Positions 1 to 14,500 of a stretch of 64,000 bases of DNA are shown in pieces. The stretch lies in contig NIVC01000001.1 of NCBI GenBank assembly GCA_002269645.1, forward strand, positions 682,001 through 746,000, given 5' to 3'. The DNA is from Macrostomum lignano (Eukaryota). Positions within the stretch are counted from its first letter, which is position 1; each line of letters opens with the position of its first letter. The notes under the pieces were generated by a model. The model was given only the letters and a program-made list of their open reading frames with translations, had not been told where the DNA came from and did not search any database. The position numbers and the translations under genes were made by a program.

Positions 1-1928
1 TTGAAATATTGAAAGCATGAAGGAATTAACCATGGCCCATTATCTTGCCTTTGATTATTACTGAAAAGACTTTAGCTCATCATTAAGAAAATTAACCCTC
101 GATGAATTTTAAACGAAGCTCGATTTTTGTTGTCATCACTCTTAAAAAAACTTACTTGTACTTGTATGAATATGAATTCATATTTCTAGGCTTTATACAG
201 CCTATATGTTACTAAGTAACATATGTCCTTAGTAAGAAGAATATGAAAAGGAGCTGGCTTTTTGTCATATGCCTACATTATTGTTTAAAATGTCTCTAAA
301 ATATTCAAAAAGTTACTTTACTCTTTAAAAAACTGGTTTTAAACACTAGAATTTCATTTTTAGTTGATCTCAATATAATTTACTTCCATGTTGTAAACTA
401 AAATTACCTATTACTTAATCACACTTTGTTGCATCGAAAACTGATGTCAGTTAATTAATACTATAAATTTTATGAAAATTAACTTATTATATTCTTTGGA
501 CAATAAGTTGTAGTCAATTTAATTTAAATGTAGTGTCCGATTTTGCCTCTTAGAGATTGCCACAATTGTTAGAGTAGTAAACAAAAGGACATACTGATTT
601 GCTGTTATACTGCTAAACATGAAGATTTGTAGGCATTTATATTAATAAATTGTCGTTAAAATATTATTATTAACATTCGATTTATACATTCAAATTCTTA
701 GTTCGCACGTTGTACAAGTACAAGAGACTTTAATTATAGGTGGACTCTATTACCAATAACAAAAACAATCTTTATGTTACACTGCGGTCTGCATATGATT
801 ATTTATTTGGAATGCTATTGAGTTACTCTGCAATATTAATTATTAATCAAAGGTTCAAAAAACATTTTAAGACTGCTTAAAAGCACTGAGTTTTTTGTGT
901 CTGTCTGCAACTGACGTAGCAGTTGATTCCTCCAAGACAGTAGGAAGGAGACGCACAACTTCCCCATCTTATAATCCATTAGCCAAATCCTAGACAATGA
1001 AATTCGATACGGACTAGAAGATTAATTGAATGCAGCAGTTCGTAAGTAATACTGAAAGAAGAACGCGTACTGTCAATTTGAATTTGAACGGCTAATTTAT
1101 TTTTCAGGTCAGTATATATAATTGATAGCTGGCCAAACCTTATCGACAAATCATCAGCAACACTAAATTAAGCCATTTTTTCTCGCAGTGCAAGAAGAAC
1201 ACAAAACTAACGTGTGCAGCATGTATTCGCACGCCAAAACCAGGGGGACTGCGGACCCCCTTGCTTCGCCTGATTCTCCTATTTAGGGCGAAAGTTCCCA
1301 TTGGCTAGCTGGCACAATTGGCCGGCACAGCGGCTTGGTTCCCTATCCCCCCACTCGTCATTCTTTTCTATTTTCCCCTCTCTCCCTCTTCCACTCCCCC
1401 ATTCCAACAGACCCTTCACTTCCCTCTGTCTGTCTTTGGCTTCACCTCGTTCTATTTCGCCAGCGAAGGAGGAAGAGTGCAGTAGCGGCTCCCCATCGCC
1501 CCGGCACCGACCGCTTCGGCAGCCAAACGCGTCCAGGCTTCAACCCCCAGCCAAGCCAAGCTTCTAAAAGCAATATTGCTGCCACTTCCTTGGCTCTATT
1601 TTTCTTCTTTCAAAACTCTCTCTCTCTCTCCCTCTCACCCTTCCATTCCCTGCCAAACTGCCTCCCCCCCATTACAGCCAGTTGCTCTTGCCCAACCCCA
1701 AGCAGCCCTCCCACCCGAAAAGACGGAGCAATTTACCCCCGCTCAAGCAGACGGCCAGTAGCGATCAAGAATTGCATAAGCTACACTTGAGCTTGAGTTG
1801 CTGCCATAGACTACTAGTTAGCTCACTTGCTCAGGCCTGTATAGCAACCCCGCACTGCACCACTCCAGCGGCATCGAAGCCAATCCTTCACGGCCTCGGC
1901 TGCTGCTGAAGCCGGCGACGGTGCCATC

Positions 1929-2072
1929 ATGTCGGAAATTCGGCGAACCATCCAGCAGAGGCTCGTGTCGCCGCTGCTGTCTCAGCACCAACAGCAGCAA
2001 CAACAGCAGCACAAGACTCTTACCGTGAAGGTTGTGCTGCTCGATGACACCGTGAATTCCTTTCAGGTGCCG
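1929..2072 (+). CDS. FERM gene exon 1 ([10 protein letters not shown]...[14 protein letters not shown])
   Basis: ATG in gccatcATG context, FERM-N start motif, donor CCG|gtgagt, phase 0. Confidence 0.85.
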
Positions 2073-5000
2073 GTGAGTAGCCTGAACTCCTTCAAGCTAA
2101 GTAGGGCCGAGTAGAATTACTTACCCAAATCAAACGGGAAGTTTATCAGAAAATTTGAAGCAGAATCGTTAAAATTAGAAAAAGGAACAGTTCTGCTCAG
2201 CAAAAGCGAGAAAGAAAGCTCGAGAGAAGATTTCCCGCGGAGACCCAGAAGATGCCAAATGTCATGCGCGCGGCTGCTCACTAAAGCAAACTCGGCTCGC
2301 AGGCCCACGGCAGCAAACAAATTAGTTTCCACTTTGACGAAGCCAATTTCCTGGTAGCCACAATCGCGCAACAGAGAGCGAGGAGTTCGTGCTCAACCGC
2401 TGATTCTGTTGGCTTTTGCCAGCTACTTCCTTTGTAGTGGAAAAGCAGCAATTTGGGGTCCCGGTGCAAAAAAACCGATTGAAGTCAAATCAAACAGAGC
2501 AGGGCAAAGAGGAAAGATTGGCGATATAAAATGCCTGTCTGCTGTGAGTCCGGGTGCCAAAACTGAGATATAAGAATACTCTTTAAAACTGGTGCTGCAT
2601 AACTATGGACAGGCAGACACTAAGACAGATTCACCGACACTAGAATAGACAGAAAGACACTGACACGAATACAGACGGACAGACACTAAGACAGACAGAC
2701 ACTAAGACAGACACCACTTAAAGACAGACACCACACTAAGACAGACAGACACTAAGACAGACAGACGCTAAGACAGACACCACACTAAGACAGACAGACA
2801 CTAAGACAGACAGACACTAAGACAGACGGACACTAAGACAGACAGACGCTAAGACAGACACCACTTAAAGACAGACACCACACTAAGACAGACAGACACT
2901 AAGACAGACAGACACTAAGACAGACGGACACTAAGACAGACAGACGCTAAGACAGACACCACTTAAAGACAGACACCACACTAAGACAGACAGACACTAA
3001 GACAGACAGACACTAAGACAAACAGACACTAAGACAGACAGACGCTAAGACAGACAGACGCTAAGACAGACAGACGCTAAGACAGACACCACTTAAAGAC
3101 AGACACCACACTAAGACAGACAGACACTAAGACAGACAGACACTAAGACAAACAGACACTAAGACAGACAGACACTAAGACAGACAGACACTAAGACAGA
3201 CAGACACTAAGACAGACAGACACTAAGACAGACAGACGCTAAGACAGACAGACGCTAAGACAGACACCACTTAAAGACAGACACCACACTAAGACAGACA
3301 GACACTAAGACAGACAGACACTAAGACAAACAGACACTAAGACAGACAGACACTAAGACAGACAGACACTAAGACAGACAGACACTAAGACAGACAGACG
3401 CTAAGACAGACAGACGCTAAGACAGACACCACTTAAAGACAGACACCACACTAAGACAGACAGACACTAAGACAGACAGACACTAAGACAGACAGACGCT
3501 AAGACAGACACCACTTAAAGACAGACACCACACTAAGACAGACAGACACTAAGACAGACAGACACTAAGACAAACAGACACTAAGACAGACAGACACTAA
3601 GACAGACAGACACTAAGACAGACAGACACTAAGACAGACAGACACTAAGACAGACAGACACTAAGACAGACAGACGCTAAGACAGACACCACTTAAAGAC
3701 AGACACCACACTAAGACAGACAGACACTAAGACAGACAGACACTAAGACAGACAGACACTAAGACAGACAGACACTAAGACAGACAGACGCTAAGACAGA
3801 CACCACTTACAGACAGACACCACACTAAGACAGACAGACACTAAGACAGACAGACACTAAGACAGACGGACACTAAGACAGACAGACGCTAAGACAGACA
3901 GACGCTAAGACAGACACCACTTAAAGACAGACACCACACTAAGACAGACAGACACTAAGACAGACAGACGCTAAGACAGACACCACACTAAGACAGACAG
4001 ACACTAAGACAGACAGACACTAAGACAGACAGACACTAAGACAGACAGACACTAAGACAGACAGACGCTAAGACAGACACCACTTAAAGACAGACACCAC
4101 ACTAAGACAGACAGACACTAAGACAGACGGACACTAAGACAGACAGACGCTAAGACAGACACCACTTAAAGACAGACACCACACTAAGACAGACAGACAC
4201 TAAGACAGACAGACACTAAGACAGACAGACACTAAGACAGACAGACACTAAGACAGACAGACGCTAAGACAGACACCACTTAAAGACAGACACCACACTA
4301 AGACAGACAGACACTAAGACAGACAGACACTAAGACAGACAGACACTAAGACAGACAGACACTAAGACAGACAGACACTAAGACAGACAGACACTAAGAC
4401 AGACAGACACTAAGACAGACAGACGCTAAGACAGACACCACTTAAAGACAGACACCACACTAAGACAGACAGACACTAAGACAGACAGACACTAAGACAG
4501 ACAGACACTAAGACAGACATACACTAAGACAGACAGACGCTAAGACAGACAGACACTAAGACAGACAGACACTAAGACAGACAAACGCTAAGACAGACAC
4601 CACTTAAACAGACACTAAGACAGACAGACACTAAGACAGACAGACGCTAAGACAGACACCACTTAAACAGACACTAAGACAGACACCACTTAAAGACAGA
4701 CACCACACTAAGACAGACAGACGCTAAGACAGACAGACACTAAGACAGACAGACACTAAGACAGACAAACGCTAAGACAGACACCACTTAAACAGACACT
4801 AAGACAAACACCACACGAAGGCAGTCAGGCAGGTAGCAGATCCACAGCATCCATAAAGCATTTGCAGCATAATTCTAGAACAATCTGTTGAAGCAGCCAA
4901 TCTCAACCCCCAGGCAGGTGCCGACAGTGTTGACTTTAATCAAACACAAACATTGGCCCTTAGCCAGCCATCTCTCTCCACAAGAGAGATGGGGACAGAG

Positions 5001-8000
5001 AGTTGAAGAGTTAAGTTGGCGAAGTGAGTCACGGAGAGGTTTATAGCTGATTTTTGAGAGGCCTGTGAGCAGCGCTATTGCACAGCCACAATTCAGACGG
5101 GGTGATGTGTCCAGATCGCTGGTAGCCCCCCCCTCTGTCTCCCAGCTTGTTTGCCATCCAATTTGCACTTCTCACCCCTCTCTCCCCTTCTCCCCGTCCC
5201 GTTCTCCCTCAGCAACAAAAATATTAGCGTCCCTCGCAATCCGACATTCGCTTTGACCTCCAACAACTGGATTTTGCGTCGCTCATATATTATTCCGCCG
5301 CTTCTCGTTCAAGTATGCATGGGAACTGGTTGCTACCCGGACCTGGCGAAGTCGTAAATGAGCGAATTGGCGGCGACAGGGAGGTGGGGGAGAGGGAGAG
5401 AGAGGGGAGGGGAGGAGCGACTCGCACAGGGAGAGGGAAGTTGAGTAGATGGGATTATAGCTCAGATGAAAGTGAGATCCCGGATTTCCGACCGCTGGAG
5501 TAGAAAAAAATATTTTGACGATTTTTATGGCCCCCCAGTTAGGCGGGGGAACTGCAGCAGCCCCCGTTTGCCTGTCTGCTGACTGCGGGCTCTGCCTGCT
5601 GCAGTTTTGAGAATTGCGGCTTTGGGATTGCTAGAAGTATATGACTCATCTATTGTGCGGTTGCTCACATAGATCTCATAGATCTCAGACAGTTGATCTC
5701 ATAGATCTCAGACAGTTGATCTCATAGATCTCATACAGTAGATCTCATAGATCTCAGACAGTAGCTCTCATAGATCTCATACAGTAGATCTCATAGATCT
5801 CAGACAGTTGATCTCATAGATCTCATACAGTAGATCTCATAGATCTCAGACAGTAGCTCTCATAGATCTCATACAGTAGATCTCATAGATCTCAGACAGT
5901 TGATCTCATAGATCTCATACAGTAGATCTCATAGATCTCAGACAGTAGCTCTCATAGATCTCATACAGTAGATCTCATAGATCTCAGACAGTTGATCTCA
6001 TAGATCTCATACAGTAGATCTCATAGATCTCAGACAGTAGCTCTCATAGATCTCATACAGTAGATCTCATAGATCTCAGACAGTTGATCTCATAGATCTC
6101 ATACAGTAGATCTCATAGATCTCAGACAGTTGATCTCATAGATCTCATACAGTAGATCTCATAGATCTCAGACAGTAGCTCTCATAGATCTCATACAGTA
6201 GATCTCATAGATCTCAGACAGTAGCTCTCATAGATCTCAGACAGTTGATCTCATAGATCTCATACAGTATATCTCATAGATCTCAGACAGTTGATCTCAT
6301 AGATCTCAGACAGTTGATCTCATAGATCTCATACAGTAGATCTCATAGATCTCAGACAGTAGCTCTCATAGATCTCATACAGTAGATCTCATAGATCTCA
6401 GACAGTTGATCTCATAGATCTCATACAGTAGATCTCATAGATCTCAGACAGTAGCTCTCATAGATCTCATACAGTAGATCTCATAGATCTCAGACAGTTG
6501 ATCTCATAGATCTCATACAGTAGATCTCATAGATCTCAGACAGTTGATCTCATAGATCTCATACAGTAGATCTCATAGATCTCAGACAGTAGCTCTCATA
6601 GATCTCATACAGTAGATCTCATAGATCTCAGACAGTAGCTCTCATAGATCTCAGACAGTTGATCTCATAGATCTCAGACAGTTGATCTCATAGATCTCAT
6701 ACAGTAGATCTCATAGATCTCAGACAGTAGCTCTCATAGATCTCATACAGTAGATCTCATAGATCTCATACAGTATATCTCATAGATCTCAGACAGTTGA
6801 TCTCATAGATCTCATACAGTTGATCTCATAGATCTCAGACAGTTGATCTCATAGATCTCATACAGTTGATCTCATAGATCTCATACAGTAGATCTCATAG
6901 ATCTCATACATTAGATCTCATAGATCTCAGACAGTTGATCTCATAGATCTCATACAGTAGATCTCATAGATCTCATACAGTAGATCTCATAGATCTCAGA
7001 CAGTAGCTCTCATAGATCTCAGACAGTTGATCTCATAGATCTCATACAGTAGATCTCATAGATCTCAGACAGTTGATCTCATAGATCTCAGACAGTTGAT
7101 CTCATAGATCTCATACAGTAGATCTCATAGATCTCATACATTAGATCTCATAGATCTCAGACAGTTGATCTCATAGATCTCATACAGTAGATCTCATAGA
7201 TCTCATACAGTAGATCTCATAGATCTCAGACAGTAGCTCTCATAGATCTCAGACAGTAGCTCTCATAGATCTCATACAGTAGATCTCATAGATCTCAGAC
7301 AGTTGATCTCATAGATCTCATACAGTAGATCTCATAGATCTCAGACAGTTGATCTCATAGATCTCAGACAGCTGATCTCCTAGACCTGAAATTTAATAGA
7401 TTTCACTCTAAATCTCATAGATCTCAAATCTTCGAGATCTTAACATCTCGACGACGCCATCAATTTTGACAATTTTTATTAATTTACAGAAATCTAATTG
7501 AAATCACAGCCTGTCTAATAGATATTGCCAGTAATCTGTGCTATCCATAGATCTGTTGCCATGCGAATATTTAGTCTATTAAAAGGAGCTGCAGGAAGGA
7601 AGGAATCAAACTCTAAGAAAATAATCGAAAATTAGGGAAGTCGAGGGTTCGATTCCGCTAGCGACTAGAAGATTATGTTGAGTCCGGCCGATCATCTGGG
7701 AGGCGGGCAGGGGGGGGGGGATTCTGGCGACTCTGCGGCGCAAATTCAATTTGCTGCCGGCTCATAAACCTCCATCCACCCAACTCGACAGCAGCCGCTC
7801 CCAACCCCTCCCTCACCCTCCCTCTGAGTCTCTCTGGCTGTTCAGCAGCTCTCGGCTTTGCTTAATTCTTCTCCACTGAGCAGTGCGAGGGTAATTCAAT
7901 ATGGCTCTCTCCTTATTAATGAGAGGAGCGGCTGGACGGGACGCGGGAGGGAGGCTTAGGTGGGGGAGTGGAATTATCAAAACCAGCGGTTAAAAAGGCT

Positions 8001-11000
8001 GCGTGCGGGGAGACACAACTGGCTGAGTGGGGAGGGCTGACAAGAACTGGCACATCTGCGGCTGAGCAGCTCCTGTCAGTGTGCTCTGTTGGCGCTGCTG
8101 GAATGCGTTTATCCTGACTTGGCGCTGACATTGATTAGCCCTGATGGGTGTTAGAGATTGGTATCTGAGCCGCCTGGATGCAGGAATAGAGTGGATTGCT
8201 AATCTAGCCCACAAGGATGCAGGAATAGAATGGATTGCCAATCTATCCCACAAGGATGCAGGAATAGAATGGATTGCTAATCTAGCCCACAAGGATGCAG
8301 GAATAGAATGGATTGCTAATCTAGCCCTCAAGGATGCAGGAATAGAATGGACTGCTAATCTAGCCCACAAGGATGCAGGAATAGAATGGATTGCCAATCT
8401 AGCCCACAAGGATGCAGGAATAGAATGGATTGCTAATCTAGCCCTCAAGGATGCAGGAATAGAATGGACTGCTAATCTAGCCCACAATGATGCAGGAATA
8501 GAATGGATTGCTAATCTAGCCCACAAGGATGCAGGAATAGAGTGGATTGCTAATCTAGCCCACAAGGATGCAGGAATAGAATGGATTGCTAATCTAGCCC
8601 TCAAGGATGCAGGAATAGAATGGACTGCTAATCTAGCCCACAATGATGCAGGAATAGAATGGATTGCTAATCTAGCCCACAAGGATGCAGGAATAGAATG
8701 GATTGCTAATCTAGCCCACAAGGATGCAGGAATACAATGGATTGCTAATCTAGCCCACAAGGATGCAGGAATAGAATGGATTGCTAATCTAGCCCACAAG
8801 GATGCAGGAATAGAATGGATTGCTAATCTAGCCCACAAGGATGCAGGAATAGAATGGATTGCTAATCTAGCCCACAAGGATGCAGGAATGGAATGGATTG
8901 CTAATCTAGCCCACAAGGATGCAGGAATGGAATAGTTCGTGGCTCGGGTACGGGACCGCCAAGAACTTGCCAGGTTTGATAGGCGGGAGAGCGGCGACCT
9001 CCGAGGAGTGCAGACACTTCGGGGCGGAAGTGGAGGGGCTGGGAGCGTACAGACACTCGTCCAGCCCTACGGCAAGAGGGAGGTGCAGATGAGGAGGCTG
9101 CGATCGAATGTCCCCTCAGCAAAAGCAGAGGTGAACAAGAATCTGAAGGCATACGGACACTTCGCATACCCGAATAAAGACGGTGATGAAAGCACAGAAT
9201 TTGAAAGATGATAAATAAATGAAGAGTAACACTTTATCTTACCGGGAGGGGTCACTCACTGCGCTAATGCAGGCTGGCTTCGCCTTGTCGCTTTATTTCG
9301 TTTTGCTCTGACTTTTGCAACTAAGTAAGTTGTGGTAGAAGGATCCGGGAGGGCGAGGGCCGTGGGCGCGCATAAATACTGGGGGAGAGCAGGGGGGGGA
9401 GGGGCTGGGTGAAGCTAAGCCACCCAGGGCTGGGGGTGGGGGGGGGCAAAACTCATAGAGTTGAAGGGCGAGAGAGAACGAAGGGGGAAGGCTAGCCAAT
9501 CAGGTGCCTCCGCGGTGAGAGACATGATTGGACTGGCCCAAACGGGAGAGAAAGAAGGGGGAAGGCTAGCCAATCAGGTGCCTCCGCGGTGAGAGACATG
9601 ATTGGACTGGCCCAAACGAGAGAGCAAAACAAAAAGAACAAAAGTTTAGAACAAAAATAAAAATAAAATGAATAACGACAGCTTAAGACGGAGTGGGGTG
9701 GCAGAACAGAATGAACCAGGGGCAGGAAGAGGAGAGGCGGAGAGCGCAGAGGTTGGGGCAAAGGCATTGTGAGGCGCAACTCACAACACAGGAATAGAAT
9801 GGATTGCTAATCTAGCCAACGATCTCATTCCACAGACTCGAGTCCCGGGCCAGGAGTTATTCGACGCAGTGGTTAAGAAGCTTCGACTACTAGAAATCGA
9901 TTACTTTGATCTGGAGTTCCTTTCCAAAGAAGGTCGGCAGGTGAGAACAGTTGCCCATATTAAAGACGTTGCCTATAATTTCAAAAGTCTGACAGGATAT
10001 TCTCATCAGAAGAGTGGCTGAGACTCATTAGTCCTCTCGGAACTAAAGCAATTTAGACTTGCAATTTGCTGCCACTTTGATAAGTTCGCTCAATCAGAGC
10101 TAATGGCCTGCTGCAAGGTGTGGAGGCACAAGTGGCTCCCAATGCCGCCTGGCAACTCCCCGCGCCAGTCCGTTCGAATCAAAGAGAGCCAAGAGACTCT
10201 TAATCCGAATTCTCTCTCTCCCAATTCCCTCCCGCAGTGCTGGCTGGACCACTCAAAGACGCTGCCCAAGCAGTGCCCGTCTTCAACAGAGCTGGTGTTT
10301 TACTTTTCGGTCAAATTCTACCCACCAGACCCGCACCTGCTCGAGGACGAGTTCTCCAGGTGAGAGCGGCGACTGCATGCGTGGGCCGAGACAAGTGGAT
10401 GAGTGCAAATGTTCAAGCGTTTAAAGTTTCCTTTCTCTGTATACTGTGTGCAGGTAGGCTTTCCAATAATTTGAATTCAAATTACCCACTGAAAGCAAAA
10501 GCAGTCTTGATCAGTTTTTTTCTCTTTCGCGTGTTCCGTGCAAGCCTGCTGCTTTCTATCCGTAACTTCCCAGCTCTGCAGGCCCCGCCAGAGATATTGA
10601 TCTGCAAATTTTAGCAAATCCAACTTGGATTAAAACTTCGCGCCCAGATGTTTATCCGATGTTTCGCCCGACTTTGCACTTTTATTTTTGTTCCGCCTCG
10701 GGGAAATTTTTCCCGGCTTTAGGGACTACTTTTTTTCGAAAAACGGGGATTAAGTCAAGCCCTGGGAGGCAGCGAGTCTGGAGAGAAAGTGTTTTTGACT
10801 TTTTTCTGCAACTGCAAGTACAAGGAGCACATTGATGAAGTTCTCAATGGTTTTGAAACAGTTTCTGATGCACACCAGTGAGTGGTCAGTTCAAACAGTT
10901 CACCTGTTGTGATCACCTGCTGGACCCTGAAGGTCTGAGGGTTGCCAAGTTGAAGTCTACTATTTTGCAGTTTGAAGTGTGAAGTTGACATCTGCTTCTA

Positions 11001-11462
11001 TACGCTCGACTCAAAAATCGTATTATAGTTATTGATTTGTGGAGGAGAATAACAAATTCGATGCTTAAATGGAGCATCTCCAGATCCTCATCTCCAGGAG
11101 CATCTCCAGATTAAGAAACTTTTTATCAAGTCACTGCCTTCAGCCCGAGGCGCCGCCCATCTGGCGCGCACACTGTGGGAAATGTAAAATCCTTTCACAA
11201 GTCTGTTGAAGTCTCACTAAACAGCAACGAAGACTCGCAAAAGCCAAGCTGCAGCAGGAACAGAAAGTCTCATTTATGCTGGCTTGCCGGGGCGAACCAA
11301 AAATTGAGGGAATAGTTTCTGGGATCTCTAGGATTTCACGGTCCCTCTTGGCCTCCCCCCATGATAGCGGGGCGCGTGACGGCTGCTGCGGCCCCGGCTG
11401 AAACAGCGAAGCAGTTCCGATAGCGGGGCGAATAAAGCAGCATCAGGGCTTCATCAGAGCGC

Positions 11463-11508
<46 letters not shown>

Positions 11509-14500
11509 CCCTTTTCTGTCTCGCTCTCGATCCCTCTCGCGTGTATCGACCAGGAAGAGTTTCAGCTATCGGCCTGCAAGCTCAGGGATAGGGGGGGGGG
11601 GGCTGCCCTACAAGTACACTCAGCTCAAGCCACGAGGACAATTCCTCTGCCAGCCTTGGCGTGCGCCCTGTTCACGCCTGAGTCTCCTTCTATTGCGCCT
11701 CGCAGCCTCTCTGTGCCAATCGATCACCATCTAGTCGTGGCCAGAGTCTTCTGCTGCTGCTTTTTCTCTCATAGCTGACAGAATTGCGACATCCAGTTTC
11801 TTTATTTCTTGTTCGCCCTGCTTGCTTTTGCCTGCTCAGTTGGGGTGCTCAGTCAATAATCTATGGGAAACCTCATTTTTATGCCGAGTCACCTCCCCTT
11901 TGTTTTTTTAAGAAATCAGATACTGTTCAATCTCCATTGTTTTTCTGCACTGTTTAGATCGCTTCCACACTTTAAATATCATTGCCTCTTGAAAACCTCT
12001 TTCCTGACCCTTTCCTCGCTTTTGCAGGTTTCTATTTTCATTGCAAATTAAACGCGACATTGTCAACGGCCTGCTGCCCTGCTGCGATAACACTGCCGCC
12101 CTGCTAGCCTCCTACCTGGTGCAGGGTGAGACCCATTGTTGCTATTAAAATAAGGAGCTGGAATAGCCCGAATAGAACTGGAAAGTGTGAAGAGGGCGTC
12201 GGAAGGGGTGTTGGGCGTGGGGTTGGTGTCTAGAGGGGTGCTGGGCGGGAGGTGGGTGTCGGAAGGGGTGTTGGGCGTGAGGTGGGTGTCGAGAGGGGTG
12301 CTGGGCGGGAGGTGGGTGTCGGAAGGGGTGTTGGGCGTGAGGTGGGTGTCGAGAGGGGTGCTGGGCGGGAGGTGGGTGTCGGAAGGGGTGTTGGGCGTGA
12401 GGTGGGTATCGGGAGGGGTGCTGGGCATGAGGTGGGTGTCGGGAGGGGCGTCATGTGAGATGGATTTTATGACGGGCGCTTTGGCGTGGGCTGTGTGCGT
12501 CGGGATGAGCGCCTGTCTTAGTGTGAGTGGCTGGACGGATGTTCCCCAGTCATCCATCATCCATCTCATCAAGCAGAAAACCGATGGATTTGCCAGCCGA
12601 TTACTTGGACAATTATCTTCGTACTCAGCATGAAATAACACTTCAAAACAGCAATTTTCAACCATTTAGTAATTGCACAATACTGTTACCATTTGGCCTG
12701 ACTGGCTGTGTGCGAAAATAGCGAGGCAGTGTAGAAAGCGTTTGAAAAAATGGCCGCAAGTCATTAATCAATCTGAAATTACACTTTCAGTTTGTTAGTT
12801 AGATGCGTTTATTGTAAAATATAAAATTACCCTAATAAAAATTCCTTAGCAACATTTCCTTAGGGAATTTTCAGAGTGAAAAATCGAAATAAACAGAATA
12901 TTTAGAGAAGCAGAGAAGAGCTGGTCACTTCGATTCCATTTGAATCGCGTCAGATCAGACAGAATCATCTCGCCCTGGGAGATCACAAATAGGCCAGTAG
13001 GGATTCTTGAAGCATCTGAAAAGATTCCAGGTTACTGGAACCCTTGAAGATCGGTGGCTCCTGAAAGATCGGGAAAGTGCAGTCACAGCAGTGCCTGAAG
13101 GATCGGGAAGTTGCAGTCACAGCAGTGCCTGAAGGATCGGGAAGGTGCAGTTACAGCAGTGCCTGAAGGATCGGGAAGTTGCAGTCACAGCAGTGCCTGA
13201 AGGATCGGGAAGTTGCAGTCACAGCAGTGCCTGAAGGATCGGGAAGTTGCAGTCACAGCAGTGCCTGAAGGATCGGGAAGGTGCAGTCACAGCAGTGCCT
13301 GAAGGATCGGGAAGTTGCAGTCACAGCAGTGCCTGAAGGATCGGGAAGTTGCAGTCACAGCAGTGCCTGAAGGATCGGGAAGTTGCAGTCACAGCAGTGC
13401 CTGAAGGATCGGGAAGTTGCAGTCACAGCAGTGCCTGAAGGATCGGGAAGGTGCAGTCACAGCAGTGCCTGAAGGATCGGGAAGTTGCAGTCACAGCAGT
13501 GCCTGAAGGATCGGGAAGTTGCAGTCACAGCAGTGCCTGAAGGATCGGGAAGGTGCAGTCACAGCAGTGCCTGAAGGATCGGGAAGGTGCTGTCACAGCA
13601 GTGCCTGAAGGATCAGGAAGGTGCAGTCACAGCAGTGCCTGAAGGATCGGGAAGGTGCAGTCACAGCAGTGCCTGAAGGATCGGGAAGTTGCAGTCACAG
13701 CAGTGCCTGAAGGATCGGGAAGTTGCAGTCACAGCAGTGCCTGAAGGATCGGGAAGGTGCAGTCACAGCAGTGCCTGAAGGATCGGGAAGGTGCTGTCAC
13801 AGCAGTGCCTGAAGGATCAGGAAGGTGCAGTCACAGCAGTGCCTGAAGGATCGGGAAGGTGCAGTCACAGCAGTGCCTGAAGGATCGGGAAGGTGCAGTC
13901 ACAGCAGTGCCTGAAGGATCTTGGCTGCAGTGCTCGCTAGGCCAATAAGCTGGGGCCCCCAGAAGAAGATTATACAGTGGGAGTTAGTCGTCTCCGATTT
14001 CTGGCATCGGATTCGCCGCAATCTCTCCGCGATCTGAGTTGCATTAATCTATGCTATGGTATATGAAGTCACGGTCGGGCAACACAGTCGGGCTCGGGCG
14101 GGTGACTTATGATTTATGACCAGCACAGCGGGCAGGATTAAGCTTTGTTTTATCCGATAACTGTCGAAGTGAGCAAAACTTCACCAATATAGCCTGCAAT
14201 AGCGGGATGACTTGAACTGCCGAGCTTCTGCTGCTTTTCGAAAAAGTCGATAAACAATCCGAAATCAACTTTCTGCTCAATTTTATTGCCGCGATTGGCA
14301 GCCGGGTTCTCTGGTAGAAAATACGAGTATAGACGGAGAAAAGAGAAATGTAGAAGGAGCCACATAAGGACACGAAAGAGAAGGGTAGTGGACCCCCCCT
14401 GAAAGACACGAGAGAGAAGGGTAGTGGACCCCCCTGAAGGACACGAGAGAGAAGGGTAGTAGACCCCCCCTGAAAGACACGAGAGAGAAGGGTAGTGGAC

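Noticed and set aside
7646-7656. B-box-like GGTTCGA motifs (also 43540, 48062, 57238) as tRNA genes or SINEs
   Set aside because: No complete cloverleaf or delimitable SINE body with tail and TSD; they may be SINE fragments, but the evidence is insufficient.
7990-8935. 263-308 aa ORFs of repeated [13 protein letters not shown] / [13 protein letters not shown] (also at 31293-32289)
   Set aside because: They are translations of an intronic 39-bp minisatellite; the period is divisible by 3, so both strands stay open. There are no start or splice signals and no codon-position bias.
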